From Bythopirellula sp. (GTDB taxonomy: Bacteria; Planctomycetota; Planctomycetia; Pirellulales; Lacipirellulaceae), in the NCBI GenBank assembly GCA_965216565.1, contig OZ244170.1:4192001-4256000 (forward strand): a DNA stretch of 64,000 nt. The letters are read 5' to 3'. The notes under the pieces are model-generated. The model was not told where the DNA came from and ran no database searches. It saw only the letters and a list, made by a program, of their open reading frames with translations. Numbering within the stretch: the first letter of the stretch is position 1; each line of letters opens with the position of its first letter. A program made the position numbers and the translations under genes. Positions 41,590-50,265 of the stretch are shown piece by piece.

Positions 41590-42681
41590 CTAAGACTTAC
41601 CGCTGACGATTGAGTGAGTTGCTCGTCCAATCGATCCACCATCAAAAATCTTGAGCTTGCTTGGTTCCATGAGCATCGGGCCTTTCCACTTATCCTTGTC
41701 ACCTCCTGCGATAAACCAATCGACACAAGTATCCATAAAATCAATTGGGTCAGGGCGTTCGAAAGATGCGATAGGTGGATTCATGTATTTGCCAATGCCC
41801 TCGCAGTCGATCGTGCAAACGGAAAGTTCATCTCCCACGGAAATACCCGCCTCGTTGGCTGCACGTATCACGCCCATGGCTGCTGGAAGCGTGACGCACA
41901 TAACTGCGCTAGTCTCCTCTTCGATAGAACGAATCCATTTTCGAGCCACCTTGAAACCTGCCTCGAAGATGTTTTCGTTGGATTTGCAAGGCCTGTCGAT
42001 TAGTTCACCGAGTGCACCGTCTTGACCCGACCAATTGTCCCATTCTCGGATTCGAGCCTCAGTTATTAGGTTATGTCTTTGAACATTGATGCAATCGATT
42101 CGGTGGTGTCCGAGTTTCTCCAATCGCGTTAGCATCGAGCCAATATAGTGAGGAGGAAACAATACAATTGATGGAATATCAAAATGTGTCAGATCTTCGG
42201 ATAAAGCGACAACTCCGGTTGCCTCTTTCAGTAAGCTTTCGGTCCATGAAGGAATCGGATCTGAACTCGTCACCAGGAAAACGCCATCGAAAGCACGAAT
42301 AGATTCGGTGATGATGGGATCGTCCCAGTGACTGTAATTTACTACCCGTACCCGCGCGTTGCGGTCTCGAGCAATTCTCTCCACAGCTGAAAGCCACAAT
42401 TGCAAGTCGGGAGAGAATGATTGCGGAGCTATGCTAGGAAGAACCACTGCGATCTGCAGCCCAGTTGCTGCTGACCTCGCTTTCGTGGTGAGCACTAATC
42501 GTCGGTTAGGGGCTCGTTCGAGCAATCCCTTTCGCTCCAGCTCCTCCAGGGACTTTCTCAGTGTGACTCGGCTTACGCCGATGTCGTCCGCGAGATCCCT
42601 CTCCGCTGGAATGTCGGACAACGCGTAGTCTCCCTTTTGAATCCGGCGCTCCAGCAGTTTGGCGATACGAAGATGCTTCAT
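41590..42681 (-). CDS. GntR-family regulator with a LacI-type effector domain (AraR-like architecture)
   Basis: IPAERDLADDIGVSRVTLRKSLEELERKGLL wHTH followed by a periplasmic-binding-protein-like domain. Confidence 0.88.
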   Translation of the reverse strand: MKHLRIAKLLERRIQKGDYALSDIPAERDLADDIGVSRVTLRKSLEELERKGLLERAPNRRLVLTTKARSAATGLQIAVVLPSIAPQSFSPDLQLWLSAVERIARDRNARVRVVNYSHWDDPIITESIRAFDGVFLVTSSDPIPSWTESLLKEATGVVALSEDLTHFDIPSIVLFPPHYIGSMLTRLEKLGHHRIDCINVQRHNLITEARIREWDNWSGQDGALGELIDRPCKSNENIFEAGFKVARKWIRSIEEETSAVMCVTLPAAMGVIRAANEAGISVGDELSVCTIDCEGIGKYMNPPIASFERPDPIDFMDTCVDWFIAGGDKDKWKGPMLMEPSKLKIFDGGSIGRATHSIVSGKS

Positions 42682-42857
42682 GATTAGCCTGAGAAATCTG
42701 CCCTGACGACTGCGGAAAAATGAACGTTTCAGCGGAACTAGACCAAGCAGTAGTCCAAATCCGGTACTATATAGTCTAATTAGAAAATCAGCTTTTGTGA
42801 ATGGTTGGATCATGCAGTTCTCCCGACCCTTTAAACCACAGTAAAAACTACCGGGAA

Positions 42858-42875
42858 CATACCATATTTGGTATA
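42858..42875. promoter_or_regulatory. Palindromic operator CATACCATATTTGGTATA between divergent GntR and sulfatase genes
   Basis: Matches the six other copies. Confidence 0.7.
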
Positions 42876-43019
42876 TTCCTATCCTTCGGTAGTACTGTTC
42901 CAGGCGTTACAAACATTTCCCGGCCAGCATGGACAACGATTGAGCCGGACAGCTCCGCAGGCCTGAGAACCTACTAACCGAGTAATTCTTGAGCTACTCC
43001 CAACTAGAGACTGACTATT

Positions 43020-44441
43020 ATGCAAAAGCATCTGACCCAATCCGCAATGGTGTGCCGCGCTCTGTTGGTGTTCGGGTTTATTGGACTCCCGGTTCCGGAC
43101 GGTTTCGGCAAAGAGCCGCTCAACGTTTTATTGATCATCATCGATGATTTGCGGCCTCAACTAGCTTGCTACTGTCGTGACGCTATGAGCACGCCGCACA
43201 TCGACCGACTAGCGGCGAAGGGAGTGAAATTCAATCATGCTTATTGCCAATATCCGGTATGCAATCCAAGCCGTTCTTCATTCCTCACAGGATTGCGTCC
43301 CGGTGAACTTGGCATACTGACGAACGAAATCTCACTACGAAAAAAGTGGCCAAACAAAGTCACTTTACCCCAGTTGTTTCGCAACCACGGATATTACACA
43401 GCGGGGCTAGGGAAAATACTTCATCAAGGTCTCGATGATGAAGGCAATCAAACTTTATTTCGTGATACAGTCTCTTTTGAGCATTCCTACCGAGCATTAG
43501 GAAACAGCCCGCCAATAGGAAATACGGGTAACGGGCGACAGGTGGGTGAGGGAAATATTTCGTGGTGTCGCTGGCTGGCAGCGGAAGGCGGTGACGAAGC
43601 TCAACCAGACGGCATGATTGCTGCGGAAGCCGAGAGATTACTAAAGGAGAAAAGCGGCGAACCCTTTTTCATTAGCGTCGGTTTTCACAAGCCTCATGAT
43701 CCCTTTATCGCTCCCAAAAAGTACTTCGAGCACTATCCAGATTCTGCCGTCCAGCTGGTCGACGAGCCTGCAGATCGCACGCCATTGCTAAAGTATGCCA
43801 TCCCCAAAGGGTACGATTTCTCGAACTTCACGGAACAAGACTGCAGAGAGATTAAGCGAGCTTACCAGGCATGTACGAGTTTCTCCGACGCACAGGTTGG
43901 TAAGCTCTTCGCAGTGCTCGACGAGTACTCACTCTGGGAAAATACAATGGTAATACTGATGGGTGATCATGGTTATCACTTGGGAGAACACGACTGGTGG
44001 AATAAAGTGACCGTCTTCGAATTGGGAGCGCGGAGTCCACTTATGATGTGGGTTCCTGGCTGCGACTCTATGGGCCAGGAGACGGACTCGGTCGTGGAGT
44101 TTATCGACCTCTATCCAACCATCATCGACTACGCCGGGCTTCAATCTCCTCATCAGCTTTCTGGGAAGAGTTTGCGCCCAGTTTTGGAAGATCCCTCGGC
44201 AACCTGGACGGAGCCGGCTTTCACCCAAGTGACGCGGCCAAAGGTTGGAATGGGTTACAGCGTTTGCCAAGGCCCCTGGAGATTCACGCAATGGGGTAGG
44301 GATGGAGAGGGAGGCTTAGAGCTCTACAATCACGTTGATGACGAGTCTGGGTATTACAATCTGGCAGGTAAACCACAATTTGCGAGCGTGCAAGAGAAAC
44401 TACAAGAACTTTTGGTGCAAGGGTTCCCGACTTTGAAATAA
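43020..44441 (+). CDS. Sulfatase (iduronate-2-sulfatase / choline-sulfatase-like)
   Basis: IDDLRP, CNPSR, GKILH, GFHKPHDP, GDHGYHLGE; signal peptide. Confidence 0.92.
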   Translation: MQKHLTQSAMVCRALLVFGFIGLPVPDGFGKEPLNVLLIIIDDLRPQLACYCRDAMSTPHIDRLAAKGVKFNHAYCQYPVCNPSRSSFLTGLRPGELGILTNEISLRKKWPNKVTLPQLFRNHGYYTAGLGKILHQGLDDEGNQTLFRDTVSFEHSYRALGNSPPIGNTGNGRQVGEGNISWCRWLAAEGGDEAQPDGMIAAEAERLLKEKSGEPFFISVGFHKPHDPFIAPKKYFEHYPDSAVQLVDEPADRTPLLKYAIPKGYDFSNFTEQDCREIKRAYQACTSFSDAQVGKLFAVLDEYSLWENTMVILMGDHGYHLGEHDWWNKVTVFELGARSPLMMWVPGCDSMGQETDSVVEFIDLYPTIIDYAGLQSPHQLSGKSLRPVLEDPSATWTEPAFTQVTRPKVGMGYSVCQGPWRFTQWGRDGEGGLELYNHVDDESGYYNLAGKPQFASVQEKLQELLVQGFPTLK

Positions 44442-44447
44442 ACTAGG

Positions 44448-44897
44448 TTAGTCTTGCAGTGTGAAGTCGTGTGTTTGCTTGCCCTGCACGACATCCACTT
44501 TCAGCCCACTCAGCTCATGGTTACCGTACTTGGCTGGAATGGGAACGTATTTCAGCGGATCCTTTTCGGGCTCCTCGAAGAGTGGCCCGGTGGGGGGTTG
44601 CATCATGGGCGAGGGCTCGTGGGACATAATAACCACGGTCGCTCCTGGGCCGATCTCAACACCTGAGACTTCATATTTTCCGAACTCGATATTGCCCGAA
44701 ATGACTTTTCCATTCTGGCTGACAAATGCAATCGTTCCCGTCGTGATTGGCTCGTCTTTGAAAGTAACCTTACCATTAATGGTAGAAGTAGGCGGATTGC
44801 ATCCAAGAGTCATGGAATACACTACAGATGCGAAGACGCCCGCCAGCACATGAATGCTCGTGCGATTGGTGATGTTTCTTGTCACGTGCTTACTCAT
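44448..44897 (-). CDS. Putative lipoprotein with a carboxypeptidase-regulatory-like domain (typical DUF1559 partner)
   Basis: TLGC lipobox; GKVTFKDEPITTGTIAF; IPAKY; overlaps the DUF1559 stop. Confidence 0.75.
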   Translation of the reverse strand: MSKHVTRNITNRTSIHVLAGVFASVVYSMTLGCNPPTSTINGKVTFKDEPITTGTIAFVSQNGKVISGNIEFGKYEVSGVEIGPGATVVIMSHEPSPMMQPPTGPLFEEPEKDPLKYVPIPAKYGNHELSGLKVDVVQGKQTHDFTLQD

Positions 44898-45907
44898 AGT
44901 GATTCAATGATCTCCTCGCCTCTAGGCGTACTCAACGCCCACCAGACATTAGCATCCATTCCATCCGATAGAACCCGAACGCTACCATCGCCAAGGCCAA
45001 CATTCATAACACCAGGATGAGGAGTTTGTGCTACCCGTGGATTACACGGGCCGCCGCGTTCGTGGGGGTAAGGGGCACTCTGAAACATAGAGACCGGCCC
45101 TTGGACGTAAGCCGCAAATGTTGGTTGCCAGTAGTCAAACCAATCCCATCGGGCCCACATCGTGCCACCGTCCGCGGAACCGCCCGGGTGGGGGCCGGTG
45201 GAGTTGCAGTTAGCAAACTTCTCGGCGACAAAAATCGTATTCGAGACGCCATCAGTAATTGATCGGCCCAAGTCTGCTTTGCCCTCCCATATTTCAAGCG
45301 TATCCTCATCACAGGTGTTTCTTATCCGTAGAGGCGGGATGGGTCTGCGTTTGGCGATATAGAAGTCAGCGTACTCTTCGTAGGCTGAGAAGACCTGGAA
45401 ATTTGTGGCGTAGCAACTTCCGGCCCATCCCCAATTGGGCAGGACATACGATTGCGAATCTTCTGAAGGGCATACATAAACCTTCAATTCTTGATTTCCG
45501 ATTCTCCTGCGTATATCGCGCGAGCCAGCCTGTTGGGTGTAGTTGCATGGATAGTCTTGCGTGACTGTCTCCTCTATCAATGCTAAATCGTACAAGTTGG
45601 TTTCTTCTAGATAAGGCAGCATGTGGAAAAAGATTGTCCCAAATGTGCCTGTCTCGTCGTTTCCTAACCAACCTGTCTGCGGGGGCAAACTCTTTCTTGC
45701 ACTTTGCGCGCTTTGGAGACCTAATCCCATTTGCTTTACATTATTTTGACACTGGGCTCGCCGCGCTGCATCGCGAGCCGCCTGTACAGCGGGCAGCAAT
45801 AACGATACCAGCACGCCGATAATCGCAATGACCACCAGTAGTTCGACCAATGTAAATGCTACGCGCAGCTGAGAGGTATCGCGGCGGCTCATTCTGACGT
45901 TTGACAT
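44894..45907 (-). CDS. DUF1559 prepilin-type protein
   Basis: AFTLVELLVVIAIIG...AARRAQCQNN; HPGVMNVGLGDGSV. Confidence 0.92.
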   Translation of the reverse strand: MSNVRMSRRDTSQLRVAFTLVELLVVIAIIGVLVSLLLPAVQAARDAARRAQCQNNVKQMGLGLQSAQSARKSLPPQTGWLGNDETGTFGTIFFHMLPYLEETNLYDLALIEETVTQDYPCNYTQQAGSRDIRRRIGNQELKVYVCPSEDSQSYVLPNWGWAGSCYATNFQVFSAYEEYADFYIAKRRPIPPLRIRNTCDEDTLEIWEGKADLGRSITDGVSNTIFVAEKFANCNSTGPHPGGSADGGTMWARWDWFDYWQPTFAAYVQGPVSMFQSAPYPHERGGPCNPRVAQTPHPGVMNVGLGDGSVRVLSDGMDANVWWALSTPRGEEIIESL

Positions 45908-46081
45908 GTCCCAAGCTCTTTGATTTCGGAAATTCGAGCGTAGCCAACACTTGGGGACACCAATACTCTGACTTATAGGCTTATAGTTGCCAATCATCTT
46001 AAAACACCTGAAAAGAGAATTCACAAGATCGGAGAGAGTATGACTATTTCGGATCACCCCACCTGAATTTCTTAATAATGA

Positions 46082-48205
46082 TCAATTACAGACACTTCTC
46101 GATGTCAAAACCAAAATCGTTGAGATCAACAGCAAGACTGAGCTTGGCTCTGGCACAGTGGCAACAGAGGCCCACAGACTTGTCACGCCATAGTTGTTTT
46201 CCCAATCTGCCAATAAACCGATGCTTCTATCTTGTTGCCAAAGTAGAAAGTCGTTTCCATCCACGGTTCCATCTTCATTAAAGTCCCCGTCCAAGACGAC
46301 TCGCAACAACGTATCCGAACCATCGTAGCTCACTCTAATCGACCCCGTTGAACTATCCGTAAACACCAAACCCTGAGTGATCAATCCATTCATGCCACTA
46401 GTGGCGTCTGAACCAACGATGACAACCTGACCTCCTTCACCAATTCGTACGCCCATCGTGTTCTCATTGCCAGGGACAGTATTCGTTGCAAGATAGGTAG
46501 CCAGATCGCCGCCGGGAGCGAATAAGATATTTGAAGTCAGAAGAGTTCCCGTAGTGATATCAAGTAATACATCTACCAGCTCAGACGTGGTCGAAGAGTT
46601 GGGAGTGCCACTGCTATCCACGCCATACTTATCGCCCAGAATAGTCGTGCCGGCGACATCGACCAATCCAGCGATCGTTACTGTGATGTCGTTATCGTCC
46701 ATCTGTAAATTGCCGTTGCTTCTTCCATCGTACTGGCCTAGCAATAAATTCCCCCCAACAGAGATCAGGGCTCCAGCCTGGATATCGACATCCACATCGC
46801 CTTCATTAAATGCAACGAAATAGTTCGTGTTTAAAGTGACATCTGCTCCGGACTCGAACGTGAATGTTTGCCCGGCTTCATCAACGCCGAACAAAAAATC
46901 ATTCACATGGAGAGTTGAATCAATCGTCATATCCGTGCCGCCACGATCCACCCGCGCTCGATCAACGTCAGTCGGGACCCGAGGCGCGTCAGGCTGAGCG
47001 TCGTCACCGTTCCAATTGGCTGAATCAGTGAAGTTGCCGACAAACATACCGGCAGCAGTACCTCGCCCCCAGCGGATCTCTGCAGGAGTCAAAGCTGTCA
47101 GTGTGGCATTGCGGAGTATGTCGAGATAACGGTTCTCATATCCTTCGTAGTCTCTTCCGACTGTGAGGCCAGTTCCTGAAGGAGTATTGTCCATGTTGGT
47201 TGTTTGGCCGGCCACACTTGCTTCGATTTGAGTATCCTCGTGCCACTCGTTGAATGAATTCACAAGGATTAGCTCATTGATGTCTGTGTCCGTGTGCGGC
47301 AATACGGCGTCATCAAGCATCGCTTGCATGACTGATCCAAACCCTTCGCCGGGCAAGTATCGAGCGGCAGGATCGTTGCCGGGACGCACCGCTTTGTCGT
47401 TGTATCCTGGTGCCAACCCAGGAACAAAATCAACGCCAAGGGTATTAGCAGAGCTCTGTGCCGCTGAGTAGATATTTGCTAATTGGTCAATTCTAGATTG
47501 GTTGACGACGCCATCGTTAAACACCTGACCATAAATATCAAAGCCAGTGACGGCATCGAGATTTGATGCACCGGGGTCCAACGAATTGAAGACATGATCG
47601 CCGATGATGTAAGGATCGTACCCATGCTCGAGTTGCATGAACAGACGCAGATCACTCAACGCATTTGCTCCGGCTGCATCATCGAAATACTCCCGCGTGA
47701 GATACATCACGACGACCGGACGACCATCGATCCTCATGTAGCTGGGATCGTTGAATACATTATTGGCGAGATGTTGGAAGTCGGGAATTAAATTTGAATA
47801 GTTAGGACTGGCAAACGTTCCGAGACGCCCAGTTGACTCGTAATGGACGGTGTAGCTTAGTTCTGAGGCGCGAGGATGGGTGAGAATGTTATTGCGTATC
47901 GTGATATCTTCGTACGAGTTCGGTCCCCACCAACTCATAGACCACATGGAAATATTTCCTAGGTGGCTTTGGTCGATGTGGGCAGCGATGACATTCGGAT
48001 CACGGCTACTGTATTCGTCACCGGCGGCTGGCAAGTGGTCGTCCGGATTTAAGTGAGCACGCACAGATTGGTTAAGAGTATGACCACCCTCGCCTGCTCC
48101 CCACCACGGATAATAGTAGACGCCAACTGTTGGGTCCGCGGCGGCATTGGCAGTAAAGCTCAGCAGCATGATCAACGCGAGAACGACTTTTTTGTTGCAA
48201 TTCAT
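46082..48205 (-). CDS. GH99-like endo-alpha-mannosidase/mannanase with PEP-CTERM anchor
   Basis: Signal peptide, YYYPWW, SWWG, PGYND, NSFNEWHEDTQIE (GH99 catalytic motif); C-terminal VPEPSS. Confidence 0.85.
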   Translation of the reverse strand: MNCNKKVVLALIMLLSFTANAAADPTVGVYYYPWWGAGEGGHTLNQSVRAHLNPDDHLPAAGDEYSSRDPNVIAAHIDQSHLGNISMWSMSWWGPNSYEDITIRNNILTHPRASELSYTVHYESTGRLGTFASPNYSNLIPDFQHLANNVFNDPSYMRIDGRPVVVMYLTREYFDDAAGANALSDLRLFMQLEHGYDPYIIGDHVFNSLDPGASNLDAVTGFDIYGQVFNDGVVNQSRIDQLANIYSAAQSSANTLGVDFVPGLAPGYNDKAVRPGNDPAARYLPGEGFGSVMQAMLDDAVLPHTDTDINELILVNSFNEWHEDTQIEASVAGQTTNMDNTPSGTGLTVGRDYEGYENRYLDILRNATLTALTPAEIRWGRGTAAGMFVGNFTDSANWNGDDAQPDAPRVPTDVDRARVDRGGTDMTIDSTLHVNDFLFGVDEAGQTFTFESGADVTLNTNYFVAFNEGDVDVDIQAGALISVGGNLLLGQYDGRSNGNLQMDDNDITVTIAGLVDVAGTTILGDKYGVDSSGTPNSSTTSELVDVLLDITTGTLLTSNILFAPGGDLATYLATNTVPGNENTMGVRIGEGGQVVIVGSDATSGMNGLITQGLVFTDSSTGSIRVSYDGSDTLLRVVLDGDFNEDGTVDGNDFLLWQQDRSIGLLADWENNYGVTSLWASVATVPEPSSVLLLISTILVLTSRSVCN

Positions 48206-48428
48206 GTAGGTTCGATTTCTTGAACGAGGAGCAATCAGTCTTATGAGTTCACGCGTAACAGGTCTGAAGTTGTCTTGTCGGAACCCGACATTTAGGTGGT
48301 CTACTCACTATGATTCACTCTGGTTGGTCGGCAAATCATCGCTTTGCCCATTTCACAGTGACTCTTGCTTCTACTAAGAGCTTTGTTCGTGGAATAGATA
48401 TCTGGGGAATCCCATGCTTCCAGACCAA

Positions 48429-48457
48429 AGCATACCAATTTTGGTATAGTATGTCAA
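48429..48457 (-). promoter_or_regulatory. Sigma70-type promoter with operator CATACCAATTTTGGTATA (48431-48448)
   Basis: Minus strand reads TTGACA-17 nt-TATGCT; operator lies in the spacer. Confidence 0.75.
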
Positions 48458-48612
48458 GCCAATTGCTCGACTCTTGAGCAATCACCCGCATGAGAGAAGT
48501 GAGTTTCTTCCCACGAATTCAAGAGCTATGGAGTCAAATCGAGCAGTACGCGAGGAGAGACTGGCCCATCCAGAATTGAACTAGCGCTAGACTGGCTCTT
48601 TGACTTGTTACC

Positions 48613-50202
48613 CTAATTCCTCTGCCCTGTGTCGATTTCATGCTCTGCATGGTCTTGGTAGTCGCGACGCAGTTTTTTAAGTTGCTCTTCCACTTCGTCA
48701 ATAATCGTCGCGTATTTTGGATCTGGGTAAAGGTTTATTAATTCATCGGGGTCTTGGTCTAAGTCGTAGAATTCCCATTCGTTCGACTTATAGAAATGCA
48801 TCAACTTATATCGTTCCGTGCGGATACCATAGTGAGGAGCAACCATATGGAACGATGGGTGCTCGTAGTAGTGATAGTAAATCTTGTCGCGCCACGACGA
48901 AGGCACGCTGCCATCGAACAAGGGCACCAGCGATTCGCCTTGCATGTCATCAGGAACCGGCATGCCAGCTGCTTCGAGAAAAGTCTCTGCATAATCCAGG
49001 TTCTGCACGAGTGCCTCGCAGTGTGAGCCCGGATCAATAACGCCGGGCCACTTGACGATTAGCGGCATTTTTAGCGATTCTTCGTACATCCAGCGTTTAT
49101 CGTACCAACCATGGTCGCCCACATAAAATCCTTGGTCAGAAGAGTAGATAACGATTGTGTTCTCAGACAGACCTAGTTCTTTTAATGTGCTCATCACTTG
49201 GGCCACGCTTTCGTCCACGCCCTTAATGCATCGCAAGTAGTTTTTGGCATAGCGTTGATACTTCCAACGGATCAACTCTCGGCCCTGCAGATTGCTCTCG
49301 TGAAAGGCCTTATCCTTGGGCACGTATGCAGCACGCCAGGCTTTCAGCTGCGAGGGAGTAAAACGCTTCATGTTTTCCAGCGCAGATCGATCTTGCCGTT
49401 CCTGAATAGCCTCACCTTGGAAATCAGGCGTGAGATCGAGAAAAAGATCGTAGTGAGGATCCAGATGCCGATCGATCTCCATCTCTTGCTCTCGTGCAGG
49501 TGAAGCATTGTCCTTCCATTGGTCGAATAGCGTGGCGGGTTCAGGTATGTCTATCGCATCATAAAGGTGAAGGTGCCGTAGAGCTGGCATCCAGGCCCGA
49601 TGCGGAGCCTTATGCTGACACATCAGCATGAATGGTTTATTCGGATCTCGGGTTTGCCTTAGCCATTCGATCGTCATCTTGGTTATGAGATCGGTGCAAT
49701 AACCTTCCACTTGAGTGGTACCATCCGGGCCTACGAAGTCAGGGTTGTAATACAGCCCTTGCCCGGGGAGGATCTTCCAGTGATCGAAACCTTGGGGCCT
49801 GCTTTGAAGATGCCACTTTCCGAATAGAGCGGTTTGGTAGCCTCCCTTTTGGAGAAGCTTTGGGAATGTTTGCTGATCTCCGTCAAACCGCCTTGAATTG
49901 CTGGTAAAGCCATTTATGTGGCTATGTTTACCTGTGAGAATTACCGCTCGGCTGGGACCACAAAGGGAATTTGTGCAGAAGCTGTTCTCAAAGAGCATCC
50001 CTTCACTCGCTAAGCGATCGATGTTTGGAGTGGGGTCTACCGATTTAAGCCAACCGTTGTAAGCACCAATGGCATGAGGCGCATGATCGTCGGAGAAGAT
50101 AAAAACTATGTTGGGACGCGGACGACCATCCTCAGCCGATTGCGCAGGGCCATGAAAAAACACAACGCCTGCCAGAGATAGAAAAGTGTTCAGTATCCGC
50201 AC
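48613..50202 (-). CDS. Sulfatase (N-acetylglucosamine-6-sulfatase-like)
   Basis: FSDDH, CGPSR, GKWHL, HKAPH, SSDQGF, DKRWMYEESL. Confidence 0.92.
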   Translation of the reverse strand: MRILNTFLSLAGVVFFHGPAQSAEDGRPRPNIVFIFSDDHAPHAIGAYNGWLKSVDPTPNIDRLASEGMLFENSFCTNSLCGPSRAVILTGKHSHINGFTSNSRRFDGDQQTFPKLLQKGGYQTALFGKWHLQSRPQGFDHWKILPGQGLYYNPDFVGPDGTTQVEGYCTDLITKMTIEWLRQTRDPNKPFMLMCQHKAPHRAWMPALRHLHLYDAIDIPEPATLFDQWKDNASPAREQEMEIDRHLDPHYDLFLDLTPDFQGEAIQERQDRSALENMKRFTPSQLKAWRAAYVPKDKAFHESNLQGRELIRWKYQRYAKNYLRCIKGVDESVAQVMSTLKELGLSENTIVIYSSDQGFYVGDHGWYDKRWMYEESLKMPLIVKWPGVIDPGSHCEALVQNLDYAETFLEAAGMPVPDDMQGESLVPLFDGSVPSSWRDKIYYHYYEHPSFHMVAPHYGIRTERYKLMHFYKSNEWEFYDLDQDPDELINLYPDPKYATIIDEVEEQLKKLRRDYQDHAEHEIDTGQRN

Positions 50203-50265
50203 GGTTAATCCTTCCGTTCCATCTATCCGTTTGCTGGCCGTGGTAAAGCTACCGTGCCCAATATA